64,000 nucleotides of DNA from Podarcis vaucheri (lineage: Eukaryota), in NCBI GenBank assembly GCA_965113315.1, contig OZ220366.1. One strand, given 5' to 3'. The notes beneath the pieces are model-generated. The model did not search any database. It had not been told where the DNA came from and worked only from the letters and a program-made list of their open reading frames with translations. Both the position numbers and the translations under genes were made by a program. Positions 38,801 to 52,000 of this stretch are shown here, piece by piece. Positions within the stretch are counted from its first letter, which is position 1; every line of letters begins with the position of its first letter.

Positions 38801-40544
38801 CAGTACTCTCCAGAAATTCATTTGCCAGTGAATACAATATATAATTACCCATAATAAATGCTTTTCTTCATACCTTCTGTGCAACACTGGGCTTTTCTTT
38901 AAAAGTCATAAAGTTATGTTTCTGAAGGCATCATTTGAATATGAAAGATTCAAAGTGTTAAACAAATTGCTTTAAGGGTTTCAATTTAGTTGGTTAGTGG
39001 ATGTTACAAGGGATGGACTTATATTTACCTTCCCGCCATAGTAGTACCTATTTATCTGTTTGCACTGGTATGCTTTCAAACTGCTAGGTTGGCAGGAGCT
39101 GGGACAGAGCAATGGAAGCTCACCCTGTCATGGGGATTTGAACTGCCGACCTTCTGATTGGCAAGCCGAAGAGGCTCAGTGGTTTAGACCAGAGCACCAA
39201 CCGCATCCCTTTGTCCCATACTTAAAAGAATCCAACACTACAACTCAGAAAACAGATTAGTTAAATTTGTTGCAACCCAGCTAACAGTTATCTTTATCTG
39301 AAAATTCCTTCTCCTTTTTTTCCCAAACTAACAATTCACAAATTGTGACAGTCAGCAGACAAACAATCCCACTAATGTTTACTATGATACAACCTTTCAT
39401 GGCTAATCTAAGTGTGAAAAGAGAGAATGTGTCACAGTACTAGAGGAAATTTCAAATGCTACTTGTATGCAGATTCAAGACCCATTTCCATGTTTGTATA
39501 GATCAGGGGTAGGCAACCTAAGGGCCGCGGGCCGGATGTGGCCCACAGGCCTTCTCAATCCGGCCCGCGGACGGTCTGGGAATCAGCATGTTTTTACATG
39601 AGTAGAATGTGTCCTTTTATTTAAAATGCATCTCTGGGTTATTTGTGGGGCCTGCCTGGTGTTTTTACATGAGTTGAATGTGTGCTTTTATTTAAAATTC
39701 ATCTCTGAGTTATTTGTGGGGCATAGTAATTTATTCGTTTCCCCCCCCAAAAAAATATAGTCTGGCCCACCACATGGTCTGAGGGATGGTGGACCAGCCA
39801 GCGGCTGAAAAAGGTTGCTGACCCCTGGTATAGATGGATGTCATTAATCCTAAAAAATACACCTGAGAATCTAAAAGTATATGAATTCTTGTGCTGATTA
39901 TAATGCAATGAGGTGCATATATCACACTCACAGCACACCTGAGTTCTGTCAACATCTTTCTTAGTTTAACCAAATACCAAACTTTAATTAAAAAAGAGTG
40001 AAGTTGAAAAGTTTTATTGCTTAGCGTGGAAACTGATAGAGAAGATACAGATGAAAAATAGGTGAATCACATGAAAAAGTAATAGAACATACTTAACTGA
40101 ATGACAGAAAAATGTTTTGCTGAATATACAAATATAATCAATGGAAGCACACTGGAAGGGAACTGGTGCAAAGTTCATTATTCAAATGTGAATAAAAATA
40201 AATTTAGACCAAAAAGCTCAGGAGAAAATTCATTTCAACAGAGCTCACTCACTTTTCCAGTGGATAACAGCATTAAGTTCAGGTACCACAGGTGACAGGA
40301 ATACTCAGCAAGAAGGTGTATAAAACCTCAAAGTTATACATTAATACAAAATAAAAATGATTCAGCATAAAAGAGCTCTAGTGCAGACAATAAGCTCCCG
40401 TTCGCGTAAAGCTTCCACCATTACTTAAATGGAAGGAACAGCTCAGCACGCGTGGAAAAGAGTGTGACTGAAACATTTACAGACCTCTGCACTGGAACAT
40501 CACTATCTTGGATTTTGAACATCTTAATTTTAACCAAACTCACA

Positions 40545-40589
<45 letters not shown>

Positions 40590-43500
40590 CATATATAATT
40601 CTATTAAAACTTGTGCTGAAATGATAATAGCATAGGAGAATATAGGCACAAGCTACAAATAAATGCTAAGAAGCCAAAATAAAATAAAAAGGTAAACCTT
40701 AAAATTTAAATCTTCCATAAGGAGTGAGAATGTCAGAATGGTTTTTGGGATGTGAAATGACAAACATTTCCATACACATATGGTTGTCACAGATTGCAGA
40801 TCATTCAAATGTGGGAAATCCATCTAGTTTTTGGTAAAATTAAACTACAGGACAGCTCATTATAGTTGGAACACTCTGAAACTGGGAGGGGGGAGGGGAG
40901 TAAAATGACTATAATCACAATTTCAAATAATCATAGAAAATTCAAAAATCTGTTTCCTATATTTCTTTTTTTACCTTACAAATCATTTCCAGGACATCCC
41001 GTGTTGTGTCCCCCGGGTGGACTACCGTCAGAGCAGACTGGTTATTTGGCAGGCAGTACCAGGATGGCGTAAAATACTCATGAACCCAGATGTCAGAATC
41101 AGGATTATGTGGGTGGACTGTGGTGAGCGCCACTTCTTTTTCTCTCTGAATAGAAATTCACACAGTTATTAACATGATTCTGCTCAAATACAACTGATTC
41201 ATTTGCCAGTTAAACATAAATATAGGGCCATAAAGTATGCCTTTGTTTTCTATCAAATTAAATAACAAAATTAAAGCACTATATTACGGGTAGAGAGCTG
41301 GCTTCCCTGAAGGCAACCAATTAAAATTCAACCCCCAGAGGATTGTCAGCTGGCCTCCAAGTTGCCAACTCCCCTTCTTCTTCTTTGACGCCTATCCACT
41401 CTGGTAAAGGACAATTATTTGATGCCTGCATCCTTATTGCACATGCAATAGCAGAGTCAAGGGGGAAGCGTGCTTGCAAAAAACGCCTGGAATACATTGG
41501 ACTTGGGACCAGGGGGGAATGTACGCACACACAAAAACCAAGAGGATAAATAAATCTAAGAAGAGACACCACTATTCTCACTATTCACAACAGAAAGAGT
41601 TGCAGGTGAGAAAGTCATTGTGGGTTTGGTTGAACTGTCCAGTGGCAACCTGCTGCATGCATTTAATTTTTTTATCATTATTATTATTTTGTAGGTTTAA
41701 GACGGACCCCTGAGGAATATAATTCCAAGCAAGTGACAGATGTATGGAATTCTCATTAGTTTTTAAATGCAATCACATCCCCATTTGCTCGATTAAAAAT
41801 ATGCCCCCTGGCCCAGACTTAATGGTGCTTCATCGCAGTATTCTTTAGGGAGTTACAGGGTAGGGCTGTAATTGGCAGAGCAGAAGTCTCTCTACAGTGT
41901 AGACATTGATCAAACACAGAGAACGGTGTGTTTATATGTCCTCATCAACCCAGATTAGCAGTGGTCTCTGTGAAGTCATTTTCCACATAAAAGTGAAATG
42001 TTCAATCCCTGTCTTTACATATCACGTTGCCTGTGCATTGTTATTGTTTGTGATATGGAAGCAATGTGAGGTTTCGCCATGCACAAAATAGTTTTGTGAC
42101 AGTGGTGAAATGCATAATGTTGCCAAAGTATTTTTGACCTCATGAAAATCTAACACCTCTTCAGAGGAAAAGGACAGACTATGCTTCGCAGAATTAAGAG
42201 CAAAGCCACGTTTGGGGGCCTGGGGAATTGCTGAATGCAGGAAGGGGCCTTACCCTGAAGAAAGGGCTGCTCAAACCTTGAGAGGGCAAATATGGAGAAC
42301 AGTTGTGGCAAGGTGTCAAGGAATATCAGGAACCACTGCATGCCTGGTTCTCCAGGCAAATAAGCAATTACAATTATAATCTTAGTGACCATAAGGTGGG
42401 ATCCATATAAGAGGTAAGTATTATCCCAGTATATTCAGCTAAAGCCATTTTCCCCCAATGGCTACTTCAGCTCTACAGAGCTTTGAACACAGTAAACACA
42501 GCCCTGTAATTCCTCCTCAGTTTTTTCTTGAACCCGTGAAAAAAGAACTTTAATTTCAGAAACCAAATGAAACTCTCTGAAAATCCCTTCTGGAATCTGG
42601 GAGGCTGAGTATTTGTTTTGTTTTTGTTTTTTAGGGTGGGGAACCTGTGATCCTCCAGATGTTGCTGGACTCCAACTCCCATTGGCCCCAGCTGGCATAG
42701 CCAATGATCAGGGATGAGAGTTATAGTCCAACAACATCTGGAGGGCCACCGGCCCTCTGCAGCACACTTTGGAGCTGAGCAGTGCCAAGCTCCCTCTACC
42801 TCATTGCTTGGCCATGTTTCAAACAGGCTGACATCTGGCAGAGCCGAGCTGCTGCATGACTCGCTCTTCCCTTCAGTACTTTTACTTTGTCCTAAAGGAG
42901 TGGGCTTCATTCTAAAAACAGATTCACGAGCTAATTGGACTCCTTTGTGTAAATTAATAAAATCTTCTTCTTCTTCTTCTTTTTACCTTGCTTTCTTGAA
43001 CAGTGTCATCAAATATTCCTTCTAAAGATTTCTTTACAGAATCAGCTCCTTCACCAAACACCTGCAGAGGCACAGAACGTGCTATTTTAAATTACAATAG
43101 GATGATGCAAATGCTTTCTAAATTTGGAAAGATCTCATGTTACTGGGACAAATGAATAAGTGTTTCAAGGGAGGAAATTATCATCTCAAATTAAAATTGG
43201 ATAAAATTCCTTCCTGGCTAGGAAAACAGCCAAATGCAAATGGCTGTCTGGTCTAATCCAACAAGGGTGGTTGCCCCATCTAAACCGCGACCTACTGAGA
43301 CCCATTCAGGGATGTGTGGGGAATCAGATCAAATGGAAAGTGGAGAAATGCAAGGCCAGAAAAGTGCACTTAAGAAACAGCTCATAAGCTGTGGTGAAAT
43401 TCTAGCAATACTTCCAACAATTTATGAAGTGGTAACTCCAACTAGTGCCGATCTCATCACCACCCCAAACACCCTGTGTGGGAAACCAAAGGAAGATGCT

Positions 43501-45992
43501 TACCAAGATCTGCCACACTTCATTCCTGTATTTGTGGAAATGCAAAGTTCAGAGATTGTAGGAAAATTATATCAGATCCCCCAAAACAGGTTGGAGCTCA
43601 GGATCCAACCAAGAAGTTTGCAATTTTTTTCTCTCAAGAGGTAGGCTACCTGATTAATGCTTGGTCTCCCTTGCTTTTTCTTTGAAGTGGTGTCCAAACC
43701 CCAAAGGGAAGAGAAACGGCTTCTCCGTTTGCTTGCTGATCTCGACATCACCTGTGTTCTTCTCCTGACACCAGATTCGCCTGTGCGAGCGGCCACCTGC
43801 AAGGTGCATTAAAAGCCATTCAACCAAAGACACCACAATCAGAGCAAAGCTAGAGGGCCAGACCTCATAATGTTAACGAGGACCCATAGATGTTAAGGTG
43901 TGCCAAGATTTTAAAGAGGTTTGTATAAATTATGATGAATCAAAAATTACCTTGTATGTGCTGAGGACTGGGGCAGACATAGGGTGGTAATCAATAAAGT
44001 TTTCCTCAGAGGATACCCATTGAAATCAATATACCTAACTTAGTATGTTCATTATTTTAAACGGGTCTGCACTGAGTCAAACATCATACTTCTTTTCAGA
44101 AATCTATCAGTTTAAACCCATTTTTGGTTTGACTTTTAGAGCCAGATGCTAACACAGTGCTTCATTAGGACAAACTGCTGAACATTAACTATGTTTTACA
44201 ATCAGCATTCATACACTAGATACATTTCATAGGTGGCAATTCTGTTACCATCCTACAAATTATATAATGCTTATAAATATCAATTGCTACTCTCAACAAC
44301 AACGGGCTATTGTTTTCTCATCAAGGACTACGGCTAGCAGAAATTCCAAGTTATATTTTATTCTGAAAGCAAATTAAGGTAACATCACTTGGGCAGAGGA
44401 CAACATTTTATACACCTGGGATTTTTCTCCCAACTGGTGAGTCCAAGTGGAATCACCAACTCTTGAGTCAGGTCGCCTATGTGGTCATTTTGTGAAAGAC
44501 TGAGCAGCGAAAGGTATGACAAGGATGACTTATTATAGGAGCGCAGTTGGGAAATGAAACCAGTATGGCTATACTGTATTACGGAGAGAGCCCAGGGCAA
44601 GAGCTATGTAACATGCGTAAGAGCAATTTAATACGAAAACATCCTTTAGCTATAAGAGTTTATGAGTTAACAAGCACTTCTGTCAGTAACCCCTAGAGGG
44701 CAAACTGAGACAAAAAAACAACAACAAAGCACACCCTCTTTAAAGGGGGGGGGGCAGAGAAAAGGAGTTACTTCACTCCTAGGTTACCTCCACTTTTGCC
44801 TCCCCCAGCAGCTTATCCTCTTGGTCTCTCTCTCCATGGGGCTCAGTCTCCATGCCTTCCTACTCTCTAGCTTTCTGGGGCTCTCAGCTGCCTTTCTTGC
44901 TTAGGTGGCTTAGAAAGACTATCTCTGGTGCCCAACACTCTCCATCTGCTTCTCCCCTCTGAGAAGCAAAACAGAATATATTCAAATTGCCTTTCAGACA
45001 CATTTTGGCTGCCCCTTCCACTCTGTTCTGGCTGCAGCTGTGGTGAGGGTGGGATCAGGGATAGGTCACTCTCTTACACAGCTCTAAAGTAGCTAACTAC
45101 AAACATTGCTGGATAACTTCTCACTTTGTTATACATTATCCTCCTTCAGCATGATGAGCTGAGACCAGACAGCTATCCTTTTCTGGATAAAGTATTATTA
45201 AATCTATTAACTTGTTATCCAAAAGATTTACACGATCTAATCACAACACTAGCAGAAATAATGTAAAAGGTACCATAGATGATTGTTTCCACTTTTCAAC
45301 TAAAATAGTTACCAAACTGGTTTTCCAACAATTGCTTATGCAATAATTGACTCAGTGATAGTTACGTCTATAATATATCTGTATATGCTCATGGGATATG
45401 AATTGATGGTGGTTGAGTGACTCCCCTATGAAGAAAGGTTGCAGCATTTGGGGCTTTTAAGTTGGGGGGAAAGGCAAATAAGAGGTGACATGAAATTATG
45501 CATTGCCTGGAGAAAATGGATAGCTAAAAGCCCCCCCCCCCAAATTCATGGACATCCAATGAAGCTGAACACTGTAATATTCAGGACAGATAAAGGAAAG
45601 TACGGAGATAAAATATGGAACTCGCTTCCACAGGAGGCAGGGATGGCTACCAACCTAGATGGCCTTAAAAGAGGGTTAGACAAGTTCATGGAGGAGGAGA
45701 GGGCTATTGAAGGCCATGACAGCTATGCTCTGCCTCCAGAGTTGGAGAAGTAATGCTTCTGAATAGCCATTGCTGGAAACCACAGGAGGGGGAATTGCTC
45801 CTATGCTCGAATCCTGCTTGCAGGTTTCCCACAGGCATCTGGTTGGCCAGTGAGAGGAAAGGAATAGATGGGCTATTGGCCTGATCCAGCAGGCTCTTCT
45901 CATCTTCTCACCATTAAGAATGAATGAGAATGATAGCCTTTACAATAAGGAATGGCAATAAAAAGGATTCTAGCATCCAAAATATATGAAAC

Positions 45993-46036
<44 letters not shown>

Positions 46037-49000
46037 TTTATCTCTGAGATGTTAAGACTGATTCAAATTTTTCACCCCCAAAATGCTAAAAATATTTGGA
46101 GGCAGACATATTTTTTGCTGACAGCAAAAGAGACCAAGCACAAACTTATATCACCAAGATGTACAGAGGCTGCACAGCAACAACACTCAGTTAACCTTCT
46201 TACAAAAGCACCAAGTGATTTCTATTTTAGCAACAATAACCTCTGGCATCAGTTTAAACTCACCAGTGCATGAAAAGAAGACACTGAAAAGATTCCAAGA
46301 CGGCCCATTGCATCTTTAGTTGGGCGACTTGCAAATGCGAGCAGCGTTTTTGGATTTGGCAGTTCCCCGCCCTGGAGGCTAGCTAAGTAGCAACGATACC
46401 GAAAGAGATCCATTTGGAATTGTTCCAGGTTTTGTTCCCAAACGAAGATCTAGAAGAAGAAGATCACAGAGGTAAGTAAACATTAAAGTCCATATGATAC
46501 AATATAATAACACACAAGTATAGATACCAGATTTTATAAAATTGTCTTTCACTGTCCAAATTTATTATATGTATAAGGGGGATTTAGATCTAAGTTGGAG
46601 CAAAGTAAATATCTTTATTTTCAAAGGGGGAGACATCCAAATACAACTATTACTTTGATACAATGCTAATAACATTAAAATTCTGGTTTTAATTTCCTTT
46701 TTATTGCAGCTGGATTCTCCTCTCACCGAGAGAGTGTTTTCCTGAAACACAATAGAGGTATGAAGACACCAGAACTACAGCAAAAAAAAAAAAAAAATCC
46801 CTAGGCTGTCAGCAGCAGCAGCAGCTTAAAAAGCAATGAAGTTTGTCATTGTACTAAAGAAAATGAATAAAGCACACTGGGGAATACATTAACATCTGTC
46901 AGATGCAGAGCAGAATGCCACCATCAGCCTGTGCCGTGCAGATTGCTAGTAGGGAACACTTTGAAAAGGATAGAAATCTCCATAATACTGCATAGTTTTT
47001 CTTTGGTTAACATTCTAGTAACATTTAGAGGCCTGGTTAAAGAGCTGCTGCAGCTCAGCAAAGGGGGCTCCATATGTTCCTTTCCATGATTAACACTGCA
47101 ATCGTAAGTACACTTACTCAGAGGTAAGGCTTGGTGAACTCAGTGGGGCCTGCTCCTTAGTAAGTATCACACCATGAGAAGCCCACAAGCAGGACATGAA
47201 TGCAATAGCATTTTTCCACTTGTGTTCCTTAGCGACTAAGTTTCAGAGACATAGGGCCTCTGAAGCAGGAGGAGATACATAGCCATTGTGATTAGCAGTC
47301 ATTGATATCCTCAAAGAATTTGTTTAATCTGCTTTTAGACAAGGATGTAGCTCAGTGGCAGAGCATCTGCAGTGCATGCAGAAGGTGCCAGTTTCAATTG
47401 CTGGCATCCCCAGGTAGGGTGGGGAGATCTCCCTGCTGCCAGTCAGTGTAGACATCACTTGGGAAGACAGGCAAACTAATGCCAGTGTACTGGAAGAAGC
47501 AAAGATCACCAGTGTCAAAAGCAATGATTCTTCAACATCAACTTCGTTGTATCATCATGTGTTGCTTTTCTGCCCCACAGTCATATGTGGTATCCCTGCC
47601 TGATTTAGGGCAGGTTTACACTGGAGCTCACTTCACTGTACAATGGCTGCATTTGCCCTAATCTCAGTAAAATAAAGGAATTATGTGCAATAAAAAAACC
47701 CCCACATCAACTCTGTTGGACTGGTCATGTTGTGTGGATGGCTGATTATCGTCTTCCAAAGCAACTACTCTATTTGGAACTTAAAAATGGAAAGCGTAAT
47801 GCTGGTGGTCAACACAAGAGATTTAAAGACTCTCTCTCAAGGCAAATCTAAAAAAATGCAGAATAAACACAGACACCTGGGAAACACTGGCCTGCAAGTG
47901 CTCCAACTGGAGAACAGCCTATACCAAAGGTGCCATGGGCTTTGAAGACGCTTGAACTCAGGACGAAAGGGAGAAATGTGCTAAGAGGAAGGCACGCTTG
48001 GCAAACCCTCGCCATGATCAACTCCTGCCTGAAAACCTATGTCCCCACTGTGGAAGGGCATATGGATCCAGAATTGGCCTCCACAGTCACTTATGGACTC
48101 ACTGTTAAGACCATGTTCATGAAAGACAATCTTACTCAGCTACGAGCAATTGCCGAAGAAGAAGAAGAAGAAGACCAACCATGGGTTTGACTCAGTAAAT
48201 GCAGGTTCCTATGTTCCCTTGCTTACAGCTACAAATGGCCACTGCAAGAGTAAGACAGATATTTGCCACCAGAGTAAATTTTCTTTTGGTCAAGTCAGCT
48301 GAACGTTGCCAAATTCAAACTGGAAGTATAAGGTACAGAAGACGACCAGATGCAATGCTCCACGGGGGAAGAAATATATGAAGCTTCTGAAGCTTCATTC
48401 TGAAGCCATATTAGCAATGACCACGCAAGCAACACAATTGAAAAAGAAAGCAGAAAGTCCAATGGATCCTCAGTTTTACACCAGCTACTTAAGATCATCA
48501 CAATCGCTCTGTTACTACTGTGTTGTTTATTTAAAGTAGGACAATAACTGGAGCAGACACTTGTGGACACCTGAATTTTATTTTATAGTCATATATTTAA
48601 TGCATGCAAGTGAGGTTACCTGATCAAGAATTGTCTTCTTCTTCTTGGAGTCTCTGACAGAAGACAAACTGAGGAAATGCATTTCCCCCATTTTCTTCAT
48701 CTTCTCGTCCATATCAATCTTCTGCTCCAGTTTTTTAATCTCTGTTTTCAACAGCTTGACAGTGTCTTCTTTGTGGTGCTGTCGGGCCACTGCAGTCGCG
48801 CAAGCAGAATGAACTGCTGTAATCCAGTTCTCCAGTTCCGTTTGACTAGAAGTCTAAAAAACAGAGAAGTAGAATCCTGTTGGTTAAAACATGCTGGGTT
48901 TGAAATGATTCCACTTCTATTCATCTCACTTATGAGACATGTGATGAAGAGTCATTCTACTCTTAATTTGCCCTTTTGAAATCAGCATTAGAATCAAAAT

Positions 49001-52000
49001 CTTCCACCAGTGCTTTTTGGCTGCAGAAGGTTCCCTAGCAATGGCTCAGGAATTAGCTTTTTAACCCATCGCAAATGCTACAATAATATTCGGCTCATCC
49101 TTGAGCACAATGATTTAGACCTTGAGGTAACCAGAAAGCATGCCTGTATATTTTATAGCATAATAATTACTCAGCTAGTCCGCTACAATTCATAAAATAA
49201 TTAATGTACATGGTGCCCACTGATATCGTAAACGTAATGAAAACTATAGTGCTTTGTTGCTGAGAAAGCTTATAATCATTAATTATTATAGCCCCACAAT
49301 ACCTCTGTGAGACTACCAATGCTTTACAGCTGAGGAGGGAAACTAGCAATGAACAGAGCAGCCCACATCAAAGAGAAAGCAACTAGATTTTGAGCCACAA
49401 GGCAAAATACTCTTGCTCACCAAGCAATGCTACCAAGCTGGATAGTAACAACAGCTCTTTTAGCTGTGGAAATCAGACAGAACAATCCTGATTCTAAATG
49501 TACAGAAATCTGGGAGTGAAGTTAAAATTATAATGGATTTCCACCTCAAAAAAAAAACAGTCTTTGGTTACGGCAATGTTTTGACTGGGTGGTCACACAA
49601 AGGGGACATTATTATTATTATTATTATTATGTTAAGTTGCACTGGGGAGCGGGGAGATGTAGGAGGCCAGACTTACACAGCAAGTCTGGAAATAAGAAGG
49701 CCACTCTCCTTCCAAAGAAAAGGTGAAAGCCTACAAAGAAACTGCACACACCTGAAATACGAGCATGCAATTTTAAGATGCGGTAAGCATCTGGCAACAC
49801 CAAGGGACTTTCAAATTTAATGGCTCTGTGTAGGCCTCATCACAGCTGCCTGGCTGAGGAGGAAATTAGTAGCAGGCGTGTGGCATGTTTGGATGCAAAA
49901 ATGCAAGAATAGGATTACAATGAAAAATATCTTTTGGCAGGACTGAAAGACCATTATTAATGTTGTTGCCGTTGTCGTCATCGTTTTGAATTCAGTTACA
50001 TCAGCAGTTTCTACTGAACCTAGAGAGTGGTAAATGAGATAAAAAAACCGTCGAGAACTTGTACACAGAAAATTCTAAACAGCAATTCCCGGTAAAGAAA
50101 CTTATTTATTCTGTTTGCATGTTACTCTAAATGTACATGAATTATGTGGGCTAGGCTATATTATTGCTAGCTCAAATGATGTACATGCTCTAGCAGTTCT
50201 CTGAACAACACATCAAGCTTGTAGGCTACAGTAACTTGCCAATTATTTCCATAATTATGTCCAATTGTTCTTCCTCCCCTCTCATCCATCTCGTGTTTCA
50301 GCCTCAAAATCCTTTAGATTCAGAAGGGCTCCAACACACTGCAAACAAATAGCTTTACAATTCAAAAGAAAAGAACCCACTAATTCATTCTTTTTCCAAA
50401 AAAAAAGAAGTTCATTTTGTGCTCTTTCCCATGCGAGGTTACTGGAAAACCTAAGCTGATGTCTCAGCATGGAACTTGCAATAAATAAAGGTCTATGTTG
50501 CCATAAAAGCCATGCACTCCATGCGACCTTTCTGCCCCTTCCACATTTATTTTCTGAGAATCGAGGTTTCCTAAACAAAATGCATCTGTACAATTTTGCA
50601 GCAGTCTAAGTATGTAGATACGATTGGGGAGGGTCTTCATGGTCTATTACACTAATGCTGTTTCCATATGTTCTTGTACTACCCCCCCAGCCCAACCAAG
50701 TGAGCCACTCCAGTTTGGAAAAAGCACTTCATGCATGAAGGAAGGAAACCCCCCCCCCTTTAATGTAAATTATGGTACTCTCATTCGCTGCATATAGGAA
50801 AATAAACATAAGGCAGACAGATTAATTTAAAAAAAGATAGACAGAAGGCAAAAGCATAACTCTGAGGCTTTGTAGCCCCTGTGCATTTAGAGATTAGGAC
50901 TTGTTTGCCAATATCCAGTATCTAAGTGTCAATAAAGAACAATGGTGGAGAAAGTATAGATGTACCGGTGGTCTGGCTCTGTATAAGGCTGCTTCCTATG
51001 TTCCTAGTTTGCGCTAAGCAACACAGTGTTCTATACCCTGATCTGCAACATAAAGAATTATTGGTCTGTGAAGTATATTTTCCCCAGATCTACTCAACCC
51101 TAAATATATTAACTGCACGTTTTACACATCTCCCTTTAGATCCTAGATATTATTTCCTTGTGGCAGAAGACGGTGCCCCAAATATGTCACAACATAGTGA
51201 CTGCTCTACATAACAGAGTCTGGCCTCCCTAAGAAACTGGAAGCAGCTCTTTATCAACTCCAAGCTGAAGAAAGTCACAAAGCCATTTGGTTGCATCTTG
51301 ACACTGAAGTGTATTGGAACCTGCCACAAAAGCAAAGACTACCCGCTGATAAAATAATTAGGCCGCTAAATAATCAGGTGTGAAGGTGCCATCTTTCAGC
51401 TGCTGGGGCACCATTTGGGTCTTTGCCTGAAGGAAGTGCAAAGAAAGAAAACAATTATGTAATGAACCAAGGACAGAACAAACCTGAAACAGAAAAGCAT
51501 CACCAAGGGAATTGCTGAGGCAGAAAACATAGTCTTTCTTTGGGTGCTCAGGCACTGCTTGCACTATGCTGTTTTCCACCCAGACAGCATGTTTTGGGAT
51601 GCTGTTGTGGTCTATTCCAGATCTGCCATCACTTTCGTAGAAGAATAATGTGCATCCTTAAGAAAAACAGCAAAGTATTAGGAAACTGCACACCTGAACA
51701 AGATAACACTGCAATTCTGTATCAAGCTTAGCATTGAGTTTCATGTTTACAAGCTATACAATGTCAATATTTCCAAAAATCAAAAATCTTAACACATATG
51801 GAAGTGCAACAGTGTGGAGTGCTGCTTTCAACCATTCATGCCTTCCTTCATAATACCTCATTCCATTTCACCTGGGTTCCTATCCCCATCTCCAAGAGTT
51901 AATCAGCATGCTGTGGCTGATGAGCTCTCTCTAAAGGTTTCCCCTTGCTTTTTTTGTATTTATGCAAACCTTGAGACTCTTGCTACAACCCATCTTGTGT

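Noticed and set aside
45986-46273. Poly-asparagine ORF
   Set aside because: Produced by the (AAT)n microsatellite.
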